NCBI GenBank assembly: GCA_948465965.1
Contig: CAOJYR010000003.1
Coordinates: forward strand, 8,660 to 72,659
DNA length: 64,000 nucleotides
Direction of reading: 5' to 3'
Source of the DNA: an uncultured Mycoplasmatota bacterium
GTDB taxonomy: Bacteria; Bacillota_I; Bacilli_A; RF39; UBA660
Shown piece by piece: positions 1 to 10,150 of the stretch (its first letter is position 1; the number at the start of each line of letters is the position of its first letter). The position numbers and the translations under genes are program-made. Under the pieces are notes generated by a model. That model worked only from the letters and a program-made list of their open reading frames with translations, had not been told where the DNA came from and did not search any database.

Positions 1-501
1 CCCGACTAAGACAAAGAGAATAAACAATCCATATAGCCAACCCATTTCTATATCAATATGAAGAGTTCCCACAACCCAAGATGTCTGTCCACCATTTCTC
101 ATATAGATATAGAAAAATCCAATTGCAATTAAAACTTGCATCATTAATTTCTGATAAGTTGTAAGGCCCTCATTACTGCCTCTTCTGATTGATAAAAAAT
201 CATCTAAAAACCCTATACAAGCATAACCTAAAAATACAAGCAGAACTATACCTAAGTTAGATGTATATGCTATTTTATTTGTAATAACCAAAAATAAGGT
301 TGAAATGATTGTAGGGATTATAAAAATTATCCCTCCCATCGTTGGAGTACCTTCTTTTTTACGATGTGCCTCTCCTACAAAAACACTTATTTTTTGACCT
401 ACTTTTAATTTTTTTAGTAAGGGAACCATAATTAGTCCTAATACTGCTGATGCTAAAAAACCAATCATTATTGCAAATATTGCTTTAGTTAATAATAACA
501 T
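1..501 (-). CDS. mraY: Phospho-N-acetylmuramoyl-pentapeptide transferase MraY, N-terminal ~167 aa only; the gene continues beyond the window start
   Basis: The reverse-strand translation begins MLLLTKAIFAIMIGFLASAVLGLIMVPLLKKLKVGQKI, then HRKKEGTPTMGG and GFLDDF. These match the conserved MraY N-terminal motifs LK.GQ, K.GTPTMGG and GFLDD. The ATG at 501-499 has a GGAGTG SD 7 nt upstream. Confidence 0.85.
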   Translation of the reverse strand, partial: MLLLTKAIFAIMIGFLASAVLGLIMVPLLKKLKVGQKISVFVGEAHRKKEGTPTMGGIIFIIPTIISTLFLVITNKIAYTSNLGIVLLVFLGYACIGFLDDFLSIRRGSNEGLTTYQKLMMQVLIAIGFFYIYMRNGGQTSWVVGTLHIDIEMGWLYGLFILFVLVG

Positions 502-587
502 TATGTTCACTCCATTCCTCTTGCAATATTATATCACAAATAATTATATATTATGAGAAAAAGGTTTAAGTTAGACAAAATTTGACA

Positions 588-2324
588 TTAATTAGTTGCT
601 CTTATTTTTTTTACTTTTTGATTATTTTTATCTAGTAGTTTTTTTTGTTGTTCTTTTATTTTATTTAACTCATATTCTTTTTCTTGAAGACTATCTAGTA
701 CTTTATTTAAGTTGCTTAATAAAGCCCCACATTCTGGTAGTATATCAAAATACTCTTCATAATCTTTTTTAAATGTTTTTATTGTTTTCTTTAGTGTGGT
801 TGTTGTAGTGTTTAATAGATTTACTGTTGATTCTATTTTACTTATACTACTCTCTATATCAAGGCTATAATCTTCTACTTTAATTTTCTTATACGTTTTC
901 CTTTCTAACTTGGGTTTTTCTACTTTTTTCATAAGGTATAGAAAGTAGGCAGTCATAGTTGCCATAACTTTGGAACTTCTCGCCCCCTGTAGCATCGAAA
1001 ATAGTGCCATTTTCTTTAAAAGCTTATTGCTTTCTTTATTCATGACTTTTACTTCATAAGTGACTTTTTCTATTTCACTGGTTGAATTTTTCACCTTTTC
1101 CTCTAAATTTCTTAATATGTATTCTTGCTCGTATTGCATTTCTAATAGAGTCTCATTTATATTCTTAAAATTATAATATTTTTCAGTTAAATCTTTTAGT
1201 TTTTCTTCATCAACTGCTAACTGTTCTTTTCTAGTTGTGACTTTTAAAGATAATCTATCTTTTTCAGAGTCCAATTCATTAAGCTTTTCTGCTATTAAAA
1301 TATACAAATCAGAATCCTTTATTTCTTTTACTACTTTTTTATCATTAAATTCAAGTATATATTCATTTACTAAAGATTCAATATATTTTTCATCGTAAGA
1401 GTCAAGATTATCAATTTTAATTTTTTCCTTTAATTCCTCTATTTTTTTGATAATTATATTTAATTTATTTAGTAACTCTTCTGCCTCTTTTTTTCTGTAT
1501 AAATCGTTTACCTCTTCTTGTATCAAGAAATATTCAAACTCTAATTTTTTTAAGTCACTTCTTATATCTTTTAGTTTTCTTTCATATTTATTTAATATCT
1601 CTTTATTTTCTAAACTTTGCAATTGATCAGTATTCTTGTGAGACTCGATATTCTCTATATTTTCTGCTTTTATATCTATACCTGTTCTTTTTACTTTGGG
1701 TACACCTATTTTACTATGTAATTGGTTACTTATTCCTTTATTGTTATCTTGTTTTATTTCTATTTGTTTTTTATTATTTTCTATATTTGTTTGAAAGAGT
1801 GGCTCCTTTTTTATTTCTATATTTGATAGTTTACTATCTATATTCACATTAGTTTTAGGAAGAATATCCTTATTTATTGTATCTTCTTCTAAATCTTGTG
1901 TTATTTTCTTTTTCTTTTCGTCTTCTATTAATCTTACTGGAACCGCTTTATGAATAATAATATTTTCTAAAATATTGGTCTCTTTTTCTTTAAGAGGTTC
2001 TTGCTTTTTTATTTGTAGTACTTGTGTACTCTTTGTTTTATAGTCATCTGTTTTTTTGCTGTTTTTATTTAGATCTTTTTTATCATTTTTAACTGCAGCA
2101 GATATTAAATGAAGCGTTTGCCCAGCTAGGATAATTGGAGTTGCCTTAAAAAAAGTAAAAATTTGTTGTCTTCTTACCTCTTTTTCTAATTTTTGGAGTC
2201 TGATTTTTTTTAATTCATTATTATATTCTTTTAATTTTTTCTTGTTTTCATATGTAATTATTAAGGTCCTTTTTCTATCTTTTCTTCCACCTTTAGCCCC
2301 TATATTCTCATTCATAGCATTCAC
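588..2324 (-). CDS. Hypothetical 578-aa lysine/glutamate-rich coiled-coil protein. It has a basic N-terminus followed by one hydrophobic segment (IFTFFKATPIILAGQTLHLISAAV). An EzrA-like septation regulator was considered but cannot be confirmed.
   Basis: Long ORF whose low-complexity K/E heptad-like repeats predict a coiled coil. It has no recognisable catalytic motifs. It lies next to mraY. Confidence 0.5.
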   Translation of the reverse strand: MNAMNENIGAKGGRKDRKRTLIITYENKKKLKEYNNELKKIRLQKLEKEVRRQQIFTFFKATPIILAGQTLHLISAAVKNDKKDLNKNSKKTDDYKTKSTQVLQIKKQEPLKEKETNILENIIIHKAVPVRLIEDEKKKKITQDLEEDTINKDILPKTNVNIDSKLSNIEIKKEPLFQTNIENNKKQIEIKQDNNKGISNQLHSKIGVPKVKRTGIDIKAENIENIESHKNTDQLQSLENKEILNKYERKLKDIRSDLKKLEFEYFLIQEEVNDLYRKKEAEELLNKLNIIIKKIEELKEKIKIDNLDSYDEKYIESLVNEYILEFNDKKVVKEIKDSDLYILIAEKLNELDSEKDRLSLKVTTRKEQLAVDEEKLKDLTEKYYNFKNINETLLEMQYEQEYILRNLEEKVKNSTSEIEKVTYEVKVMNKESNKLLKKMALFSMLQGARSSKVMATMTAYFLYLMKKVEKPKLERKTYKKIKVEDYSLDIESSISKIESTVNLLNTTTTTLKKTIKTFKKDYEEYFDILPECGALLSNLNKVLDSLQEKEYELNKIKEQQKKLLDKNNQKVKKIRATN

Positions 2325-2396
2325 CGATTATAGTTTATCATACTTTATACTTAAATATATATAAAAAGTGTCTTTTTCTTTTTATTAGACACTTTA

Positions 2397-2798
2397 TTAT
2401 TTTTTTATCATTTGTTTTTCGTTATTATTTTCTATTTTATAAGAGCCACTTATAATATTATCTAACCATACATCTGTTGGATTATTTGAGACACTGTTTA
2501 AAATTTCATAATTTTCAATCGTTGTCTTATTTTTTGAATATATTTTATATATTGGTCTATCTATTACCTTATCTAAATTTAGTTCTTTTAATGATTCAAC
2601 CCCAAAAAAACAAGCTTTATCTTTATTTCTGATACTTCCTTCTTTTAAATCTGGCTTCATTTGAATCCCGCCTTTATTTGGACTTCTATATAAAATATAG
2701 ATATGTTTCTTGTACTCTTTAATAGTTTCACAGTATTCTTTTTCGCTCTTAGTTATTGGTACTAATATTATTGTTGCTATATTGGTTCTTCTTCTCAT
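2397..2798 (-). CDS. Hypothetical protein, 133 aa
   Basis: ORF in the same orientation as its neighbours, immediately downstream of mnmA. No family recognised. Confidence 0.4.
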   Translation of the reverse strand: MRRRTNIATIILVPITKSEKEYCETIKEYKKHIYILYRSPNKGGIQMKPDLKEGSIRNKDKACFFGVESLKELNLDKVIDRPIYKIYSKNKTTIENYEILNSVSNNPTDVWLDNIISGSYKIENNNEKQMIKK

Positions 2799-2810
2799 AA
2801 TCTATCCTTT

Positions 2811-3851
2811 CTATAAATACCATAATTTTTTGTTATTTTTTCTAACCTCTTTAATGATTCCACCGCCCAGGCATTCTTCCTTATTGTATAGGGCACATAC
2901 TTGTCCTGGAGTGACACTTTTTACACCTGTTGGATATTTTATAAGCATCTCTTTATTTTCTAAAAATTCTACTGTTACTTTTACTTCTTGTTGATGATAT
3001 CTAAATTTGGCAGTACAATCTTTTATTTTTTTATCACTCAAATAATTTACTTTCTCTAAAATACAAGCATCAGATAATAAGCTATCATCTTCTCCTATTG
3101 TAATATATAAAATATTTTTCTCTATGTCTTTTCCTACTACAAATGTTCTGTCTTTTGTTCCTCCTATATCTAGACCTCTTCTTTGCCCTATTGTATAGTA
3201 AGATAATCCTTTATGTGTTCCTATTTTTTCTTTTGTTTTTATATCTATTATGTCACCTTCATTTACTCCGAGTTCTGGACTCATATATTCTTTAAAAGTC
3301 TTCGTTATAAAACACACGTCTGTAGAGTCTTTCTTATTGGCATTGTCTAATTTATACTGCTTAGCTATTTTTCTTACTTTTTCCTTCTCGACTTTTTCTA
3401 ACGGGAATAGTATTCTGGGTAACCAATCTTTTTTTATTTCGCAAAGAAAATAGGTTTGGTCTTTATTTAAATCAGCACTTTTATATAATTTATTATTCTT
3501 AACTTTTGCATAATGCCCCGTTGCCATATAATCACAATTTAGTTTAATCATCTGATCATATAGAAATTTTAGTTTGACGTTTTTATTACACATGACACAT
3601 GGATTAGGGGTAATTCCCTTTTTATAATCTTCTATAAATTTATCTACTACTTTTTCTTTAAATTCTTTTTTATAGTCAACTATGTAATGTTTAATACCTA
3701 ATTTTTTGCAGACTGCAATTGCATCAGTTGCAGCAAAATCTTCAGCAAATTTAAATGTTACCCCAATCACTTCATATCCTTGTTCTTTTAAAAGGGCTGC
3801 CGCAACAGATGAATCTACTCCTCCACTCATGCCAACTACTACTTTTTTCAT
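2811..3851 (-). CDS. mnmA: tRNA 2-thiouridine(34) synthase MnmA (TrmU)
   Basis: MKKVVVGMSGGVDSSVAAALLKEQGYEVIGVTF contains the PP-loop SGGxDS motif. The catalytic-Cys region NPCVMCN and a conserved C-terminal domain are present. Start trimmed to the ATG preceded by a GGAGTGGTG SD (ORF track starts 33 nt upstream). Confidence 0.9.
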   Translation of the reverse strand: MKKVVVGMSGGVDSSVAAALLKEQGYEVIGVTFKFAEDFAATDAIAVCKKLGIKHYIVDYKKEFKEKVVDKFIEDYKKGITPNPCVMCNKNVKLKFLYDQMIKLNCDYMATGHYAKVKNNKLYKSADLNKDQTYFLCEIKKDWLPRILFPLEKVEKEKVRKIAKQYKLDNANKKDSTDVCFITKTFKEYMSPELGVNEGDIIDIKTKEKIGTHKGLSYYTIGQRRGLDIGGTKDRTFVVGKDIEKNILYITIGEDDSLLSDACILEKVNYLSDKKIKDCTAKFRYHQQEVKVTVEFLENKEMLIKYPTGVKSVTPGQVCALYNKEECLGGGIIKEVRKNNKKLWYL

Positions 3852-3864
3852 ATCACCACTCCAA

Positions 3865-4719
3865 TTATTCTTTAGAAAATTCACATATTACTTCATAAAT
3901 ATTTAGGATATTTTCTTCTTTTTCAGCATTTTTATAATACTCTTTGATTATTTCTTTCATTATATCATTTTTTTTCGATGAGGTTAACTTTCTCTTATAA
4001 ATTCTATCTATCTTTTTACATACTAAGTGAATACTGTCTATATCATCTATTAACTTTTTAGAGTTTACTTGCATAATTCCTTGCTTTGTTTTTTTATTTG
4101 TAAACTTAAATTTAGTTGTATCTATTTTTCTAAGTATCAAGGGTCTATTATAGTTTTCATAGATCATTATAGAATAGATTAGGTTTGTTAGATTTTTGTT
4201 TTCTAAATCTATCTCTTCCTTATATCTGCTTTTGAACTTAGCATAATTTATGACTATATATTCCTCATTATCTAATACTTTCCTCTTAACCTTTTCTTCA
4301 CTTAGATTTGTCTTATCCTTAAAGAAGTTATACAAGAATAAAATGATAATTGTCCATATCACTATTCTTAATTCACTATTTTTAGGAAAAATATAATCCA
4401 TTCTATTAATAAAATAAGTATTCACTATATAGGAAATTATTATTAAAACGAAATAGAAAGTTATATTCTTTTTATCCTCTTTAAAAAAGTCTTCTGTCAA
4501 AAAATAGGTAGTATAAATCATATCAATAATAAATTCAAAAACTACCACTATAAAAATATTTTTGTTATTTGGATAAAATCCGGCAAGTAAGATTAATAAA
4601 ATAATAGTAAAAATAATTGTATTCATATCATTTAATAAATATTTTCGTTTTAAGTAATTTATACAAATTAAAAGTAAAATACTAAGTAGAAAGTAATATA
4701 TAAGCGTTGATAGAGTCAT
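3865..4719 (-). CDS. Hypothetical polytopic membrane protein (about 5 TM) with a charged cytoplasmic C-terminal domain
   Basis: Hydrophobic segments over the first ~150 aa and a K/E-rich C-terminal tail. No family recognised. Confidence 0.45.
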   Translation of the reverse strand: MTLSTLIYYFLLSILLLICINYLKRKYLLNDMNTIIFTIILLILLAGFYPNNKNIFIVVVFEFIIDMIYTTYFLTEDFFKEDKKNITFYFVLIIISYIVNTYFINRMDYIFPKNSELRIVIWTIIILFLYNFFKDKTNLSEEKVKRKVLDNEEYIVINYAKFKSRYKEEIDLENKNLTNLIYSIMIYENYNRPLILRKIDTTKFKFTNKKTKQGIMQVNSKKLIDDIDSIHLVCKKIDRIYKRKLTSSKKNDIMKEIIKEYYKNAEKEENILNIYEVICEFSKE

Positions 4720-4790
4720 GTAATCTCCTCCTAATTAGTGCTTATTATATACTTTTTCTTAATATTTTACAATAGTTTTGTTCTTATCAT

Positions 4791-6020
4791 TTATTTTTTA
4801 GGCGTTCCCTTTTTCTTAACTAAACTTTTTCCTGTTACTGCTTCTACTACTGGAGAGTTCAATAATTTATCATATTGTTCTAATTCACTTCCAATAAATT
4901 TATCATCTATTACTACATCTTCTCCTAATTCAGGTTCTTTTTCATGACTTAATTCATTCTTTTGTAATTTTTTCATGAAGTTATCCATAACTTCTTTTCC
5001 GTCCGACATTTTAGATGTTTCAGTTATTTTTTGTTTATCTTTTTCTAATTGTAATTTTATAGCGGCGGTATCATTTATTACTTGTTCAAGTTCAAGATCA
5101 AATCTTTCTATATTGTTATTTTCTATTTTCATTTTTAGTTCTGTGTTGTTTGTAAAATCATCAAGAGCATTTTCTCCTAAACTTTTATTTATATTTCTAA
5201 ATGCTTTTGTCTCATCCTTTTGTTTTTTTATTCCATAACTAGCTCCTGTAACACCGCCAATTATTCCTGGAGCAAAAAGCCCTAATAGTCCTCCTGGTAA
5301 TGTTGCCCCTGCCTGTATAGTCATTATAGATGCCATATTATATAGGAAAAAGAGAATCATAAATCCAAAGGCAGTATTAGTTATTACGTGGTCAAATCTT
5401 TCAACTTTACTTCTTACTTTCCAAAAGGTATCTTTTAAAGTTTTTTGAGTTGCTAGAGTGTCAATTTCTTTATGTTTTTCTTCCAGTAATTGTTGGGTAC
5501 CTTTAATATCTTTTTCTATTTCTTCTTTTGTTCTATTATCCTCTTTTTCTGCAATTTTATAGTTGTCAGAAAGAGAGTTTATTAGGGCCTCATCTGCAGT
5601 TATTCTTTCAAGAGTCTTATCAATTATTTTATTGTAGCTTTCCAATTTTTCTTTTTCAATTTTATATTTTGTTTGTTCCTCAAACTTTTCTTTTTCTGTT
5701 TTTGCTTTTGAAAATATTTCTAGTTTCTCTTTTATTTTATCTTTTTTATTTATTAATGTTTCTGCTGTTACTCCAATTGCTGTGGGAACTATCAATGAAA
5801 GTGATGGAATTAATTCTAAGGGAATAACTTTTGAAAGTGTTATTTCCATCATAGAAAATGCAATGGGAACATATGCAAACGTTGATAAAGCAAATGATAG
5901 TGTTATCTTATTACCGAGAGTGTTAACTCTTAAAATATCTATCTTTTTATCTAATTTATCTATTTTTTCTATATTTTTATTTTTTTCATCTATTAATTGC
6001 TGTTTTATGTCTTTTTTCAT
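4791..6020 (-). CDS. Hypothetical coiled-coil membrane protein. It has a central TM hairpin and a glycine-zipper segment (GATLPGGLLGLFAPGIIGGVTGASYGI).
   Basis: 409-aa ORF with long K/E-rich helices flanking two hydrophobic segments and a GxxxG-rich stretch. Confidence 0.45.
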   Translation of the reverse strand: MKKDIKQQLIDEKNKNIEKIDKLDKKIDILRVNTLGNKITLSFALSTFAYVPIAFSMMEITLSKVIPLELIPSLSLIVPTAIGVTAETLINKKDKIKEKLEIFSKAKTEKEKFEEQTKYKIEKEKLESYNKIIDKTLERITADEALINSLSDNYKIAEKEDNRTKEEIEKDIKGTQQLLEEKHKEIDTLATQKTLKDTFWKVRSKVERFDHVITNTAFGFMILFFLYNMASIMTIQAGATLPGGLLGLFAPGIIGGVTGASYGIKKQKDETKAFRNINKSLGENALDDFTNNTELKMKIENNNIERFDLELEQVINDTAAIKLQLEKDKQKITETSKMSDGKEVMDNFMKKLQKNELSHEKEPELGEDVVIDDKFIGSELEQYDKLLNSPVVEAVTGKSLVKKKGTPKK

Positions 6021-6031
6021 AATACCTACCT

Positions 6032-6298
6032 CTACTTTCTTTTATCTATTTTATTTTCCCAAAATTTTCTTATTAGTTTAAGTGATAATGTTGATAGAGT
6101 GAAACCAATAACGGGAACTAAAGAACTTAATAGTACATTATCAAAATTTCTTATAAAGTAGGAATATATAATTACTATGATGTAAGTTAATACCATGATA
6201 CATATTTTTCTTGTCCTGCTTGTTTCCCAAGCTTTATCTGTCTCTACTCTTTTATTTCTTGTCTCTATTGCTTCAATCCTTTTTTCTAAATCTTTCAT
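6032..6298 (-). CDS. Small membrane protein (88 aa, 2 TM), probably co-transcribed with the 4791..6020 gene
   Basis: Charged N-terminus followed by two hydrophobic helices. It lies 11 nt upstream of the next gene. Confidence 0.4.
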   Translation of the reverse strand: MKDLEKRIEAIETRNKRVETDKAWETSRTRKICIMVLTYIIVIIYSYFIRNFDNVLLSSLVPVIGFTLSTLSLKLIRKFWENKIDKRK

Positions 6299-6330
6299 AA
6301 TGCTTCACCTCATACCATTATCTTATCATA

Positions 6331-7158
6331 TTACTTTGATTTTTTATATACTAATATACCTGATGTTGTTTCTTCGAACTGATTAAAGCTATAATTATTT
6401 TCTTTAAAGTACTCTAGTACATGGTCTTCTTTTTTATAGAAGTAGGAAAGTATTTCTCCATTTTCCTTTAAGTCTATTTTTTCTAGAGTCTTTTTATATT
6501 CTAATAAATTTACATAATAGATAATATTTGATAAATACACTAGATCATATTTGTTAGTTAATTTTCCAGAGAGATCTAGAAAATCACTTTGACAAGTATT
6601 TATATTTACTTTATCTACTAAGTCTTTTAATTTATTAAATTCGGTTTCTTCTAAATATTTATTTTCTCCTATTGTATAACTATTTGATATAGGATCATTT
6701 GAAAATAAAGCTGATTCGTATATTTCACACCAATCATAAAAATGAAATAAGCTATCCCAGAATTCTTTTGTATCTTTGGATAAATTTTTACTTATTAAAT
6801 CATACATGTCATCATATTTTTCGTCTGTTGTGATTCTATCAAAGAAAAATTCAATATACTCTTCTCTTGTTAGAGATTTTACCGCTGCTAGTTTCAAAAA
6901 CATAAAGTATTGTGGGAAGCTGCTTATATCAAAAGCATCTATATTTTCGGCACCTTCTAAAATCATATTTAAAATTTGATCAGATGAAGCAATTACACTT
7001 AATATATCCTTCTTATCTTTAAAGTATTTTAAATACTCTCTCATTCTTTCATTTGATTGTTTATAGATAGCTGATGTAGTATGGTGTAGATTCTTTTTGT
7101 AATTTGAACAGGACCTTTCCATTATCTTTTGTGCAATTATAATGTCATCTTTTAACAC
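6331..7158 (-). CDS. DUF3419-family protein, a putative SAM-binding domain related to the BtaA C-terminal domain
   Basis: The stretch ILSVIASSDQILNMILEGAENIDAFDISSFPQYFMFLKLAAVKSLTREEYIEFF resembles the conserved DUF3419 core (vL.ItSaGcNaL..L...V.AvD.np.Q.aLleLKlAa...L..eef..fF). Assigned from memory of the family pattern. Confidence 0.45.
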   Translation of the reverse strand: MLKDDIIIAQKIMERSCSNYKKNLHHTTSAIYKQSNERMREYLKYFKDKKDILSVIASSDQILNMILEGAENIDAFDISSFPQYFMFLKLAAVKSLTREEYIEFFFDRITTDEKYDDMYDLISKNLSKDTKEFWDSLFHFYDWCEIYESALFSNDPISNSYTIGENKYLEETEFNKLKDLVDKVNINTCQSDFLDLSGKLTNKYDLVYLSNIIYYVNLLEYKKTLEKIDLKENGEILSYFYKKEDHVLEYFKENNYSFNQFEETTSGILVYKKSK

Positions 7159-7239
7159 AAAACATCACCCCTTAAAGTGATGTTTATTCTATCATAATAT
7201 TTCTATTTTGAAAAGCTATTAAAATAAATTCTAGGATTT

Positions 7240-9144
7240 TTAATTTAATAGTAATCTTATCGTTCCTTGATCTTCTAATTTTTCTCCTGCTGCAGGAGAT
7301 TGTTCTACAACTTTATCTCCATTTCCAGAGTATTCTATTGTGAAATTTGGCAGTAGTTTTTTGGCTTCTTCTACACTTTTTCCCACTACATTTGGTACTT
7401 TATAAGTTACTTTGTCTGTCCATTCCAAATCTTTTTCCATTTCGCCTTCTTGTTTTTCAATACCTAAAGCATCAATTATATCTAGAAGAATACGTCTTGC
7501 GATGGGTGTTGTTGTATAACTTGATAAAAGGGCTGTGTTTTTTGGATTATCAATAGCTAGGTAGAAAACGGCTTCTGGATCATTTGATGGAACTACTGAC
7601 ATAAACGACATAATGTAGTTTCCTACCATATATTTCCCATCTTTTACTTTTTGGGCTGTTCCTGTTTTTCCTCCTATCCTATATCCTTCAATATATGCAC
7701 TTTTTCCCCCACCTTTTGCAACTACACTTTCTAATGCATGACGCATGATCGCTGATGTTTCACTGCTTATTACTTTTCTAACCTGGGTGGTACTGTACTC
7801 TTTGATAATAGTATTTGTTTCCTTTTCGGCGATATTTTTAACTATATAGGGTTTATTTAAGTACCCTCCATTTACTACAGCAGATACTGCGGTTACTTGT
7901 TGAATTGGGGTGACACTTACTCCTTGTCCAAAGGCTGTAGTTGAAAGTTCAACATTTCCAACCTTATCTAAATTAAAGATGATTCCTTCTCCTTCTCCAT
8001 TTAGATCAATTCCAGTTTTTTCTCCAAATCCAAATTTATCAATGTAGGAGAATAATCTTTCTTTGCCTAAAAGTTGGCCTAATTTTACAAATCCAGGGTT
8101 ACAAGAATTTTGTAATACTTGAAGGAAAGTTTGTTCACCATGACCTCCAGCTTTCCAACATTTTAATATTGATCCATCTACATTAACGCTTCCTGGATCG
8201 TAGAAATGATCTTTTTCTAGGTCCACTACTTTCTCTTCTACAGCTGATGCAGTTGTAATTATTTTAAATGTTGAACCAGGTTCATAAGATGACCAAATGG
8301 GAAGATTACGACTCAATGTTTCTTGTGAGAAATTTTGATAATTATTTGGATCATAGTCGGGGCGAGAGCCCATACCTAAAATCTCTCCAGTTTTTGGATC
8401 CATTACTATTGCAAGAGCCATATCTGGTGAAAACATGTCTACAATATTATCTAGTTCTCTTTCTAGGGACTTTTGAATATTTATGTCAATTGTTAAGGTT
8501 AGATTCATCCCATCTTGTGGCTCTACGTATAAATCAGATAAATTTAGTTTATTTCCTTTCGCATCAGAGAAATATTTTATGGCTCCACTTTTTCCTGTTA
8601 AATATTTATCATATTGAAGTTCTAACCCAGACAATCCTTGATTATCTATACCAACATAACCTAGGCTATGAGATAATATATTTCCATATGGATAATACCT
8701 TTTTGCTTCTTTTACAAGATATACACCATCAAATTCTAGGGCAGCAATTTTTTCAGCTATATCATATGATAATCTTCTTCCTTCAGGATGTACTCTTTCA
8801 ATTGATGTCTTTTTATAGACGTGTATTTTCATCTCTTCAAAAGTGACGCCCAAAATATCTGCTAACTTTTGAGTAACCTCCTTTTTATTTTTAATTTGAT
8901 TTGGTATAAGTACAAGGGATGTTGTCGTTAGGTTATCAGCAAGTACTACACCATTCCTATCTAAAATTAGTCCACGATTTGCCTCTATTGGTAGATCTCT
9001 ACTCCATAAATCAGATGCATACTTATTTAGTTTCTTATAATCAATCATTTGGATATAGAATACTCTTAGAATAATAAATATAAATAGTAATAACATAATT
9101 AAAAATAATAGTTTAATTCGCTCATCAATCTTTTTAAAAAACAT
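7240..9144 (-). CDS. spoVD: Class B penicillin-binding protein with a single C-terminal PASTA domain (SpoVD-like transpeptidase)
   Basis: N-terminal TM anchor and PBP dimerisation domain. Transpeptidase motifs are STFK (SxxK), SCN (SxN) and KTGT. One PASTA domain (VPNVVGKSVEEAKKLL...) at the C-terminus. Confidence 0.8.
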   Translation of the reverse strand: MFFKKIDERIKLLFLIMLLLFIFIILRVFYIQMIDYKKLNKYASDLWSRDLPIEANRGLILDRNGVVLADNLTTTSLVLIPNQIKNKKEVTQKLADILGVTFEEMKIHVYKKTSIERVHPEGRRLSYDIAEKIAALEFDGVYLVKEAKRYYPYGNILSHSLGYVGIDNQGLSGLELQYDKYLTGKSGAIKYFSDAKGNKLNLSDLYVEPQDGMNLTLTIDINIQKSLERELDNIVDMFSPDMALAIVMDPKTGEILGMGSRPDYDPNNYQNFSQETLSRNLPIWSSYEPGSTFKIITTASAVEEKVVDLEKDHFYDPGSVNVDGSILKCWKAGGHGEQTFLQVLQNSCNPGFVKLGQLLGKERLFSYIDKFGFGEKTGIDLNGEGEGIIFNLDKVGNVELSTTAFGQGVSVTPIQQVTAVSAVVNGGYLNKPYIVKNIAEKETNTIIKEYSTTQVRKVISSETSAIMRHALESVVAKGGGKSAYIEGYRIGGKTGTAQKVKDGKYMVGNYIMSFMSVVPSNDPEAVFYLAIDNPKNTALLSSYTTTPIARRILLDIIDALGIEKQEGEMEKDLEWTDKVTYKVPNVVGKSVEEAKKLLPNFTIEYSGNGDKVVEQSPAAGEKLEDQGTIRLLLN

Positions 9145-9239
9145 AATCCACCTCTTATCATTTCTTATGTTTTTATAATAAAAAAAAGAACTTATTCTGT
9201 TCGCAATAAATTCTTAATCCTTATCCTTTTAATTAATTA

Positions 9240-10070
9240 TTACCCAAGCATACTATATAGGCTTATAGCATCTTTTAATATTAGTGCAATAACTATATAG
9301 GCAATTAATATTACTGATAGAAAGCAAGCTGTATGATAATATATCTCATAATCTTTTTCTTCGAAGTTCACCTCTTCATTTACTTCTTTTGTAAAAATCA
9401 AAATTGAATAAATCAATCCAGCTATGCCTGTTAGTGTACCAAGTGGTGAATAGATAAGAGATAGAATAGGGCCTAATAGACTACCACATATAATGGCTGG
9501 AATCATAGATGTTGAAGTTATTCCTACTAATTTCATATAGTTTGCTTTCTTTTTAGCGATTAGATTTCCTATATAATAGATTCCTGCTATGGCAAAAATA
9601 GCTATTATAATAAAGATAAATGTTTTTAATGTTACATCTGTCCATTCAATATATTTTAATCTTGTAAAGTCTATCTCTACTTTATCAGTAAAATAACTTT
9701 TTTGGTATACTGTGTTAATTACTGTTTTTATTAAGTTTAATACCATTATTAATACTGAAGTTATTACTGAAAGTATAATTGCATTTTTTGGTACTTGTAG
9801 TTGCTCATGCTCTTTCTTATATGTTTTTATTGGCTTTAGAATGGTCTCTATCATAAATTTAAAATAGTTTAAATCAGAGTTATTGGTATTATTACTTATT
9901 ACTTGCTCTTGGTTTAGCCCTATGTTACTATTTACTACCTTTCCTGTAGTTATATTAGCATTCATATTGTTGTTCTCTACTGTTGATGGTGTATTCATTA
10001 ATGGATTTCCACATTTAATACAAAAATTAGTATTACTTCCATTTTCTTGTCCACATTTGTTACAAATCAT
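9240..10070 (-). CDS. Zinc-ribbon domain membrane protein (N-terminal CxxC...CxxC followed by a polytopic, Yip1-like membrane domain)
   Basis: MICNKCGQENGSNTNFCIKCGNPL zinc ribbon, then a linker, then four hydrophobic helices. Confidence 0.55.
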   Translation of the reverse strand: MICNKCGQENGSNTNFCIKCGNPLMNTPSTVENNNMNANITTGKVVNSNIGLNQEQVISNNTNNSDLNYFKFMIETILKPIKTYKKEHEQLQVPKNAIILSVITSVLIMVLNLIKTVINTVYQKSYFTDKVEIDFTRLKYIEWTDVTLKTFIFIIIAIFAIAGIYYIGNLIAKKKANYMKLVGITSTSMIPAIICGSLLGPILSLIYSPLGTLTGIAGLIYSILIFTKEVNEEVNFEEKDYEIYYHTACFLSVILIAYIVIALILKDAISLYSMLG

Positions 10071-10150
10071 AACATTTCCTCCTTAATTATATATATAGTA
10101 TAACTAGATAATTTATTTCTTGTCTATGCTTATTTTTTTAAAGTGTAAAA

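Noticed and set aside
588-2324. 578-aa K/E-rich protein considered as EzrA
   Set aside because: EzrA has its TM helix at the extreme N-terminus and a similar length. This protein has a 55-aa basic extension before its hydrophobic segment and no recognisable QNR patch. Similarity cannot be established by eye, so it is left as hypothetical.
2710-2994. Plus-strand ORFs lying antisense within minus-strand genes. Examples: 2710..2994, 3250..3453, 3706..3906, 4738..4947, 4975..5238, 5528..6081, 8268..8846, 16618..16914, 54624..55085, 58213..58659.
   Set aside because: They overlap well-supported conserved genes (mnmA, PBP, pnp, smc and others) on the opposite strand. They have low-complexity F/L/S-rich translations typical of antisense AT-rich sequence, and they lack an SD.
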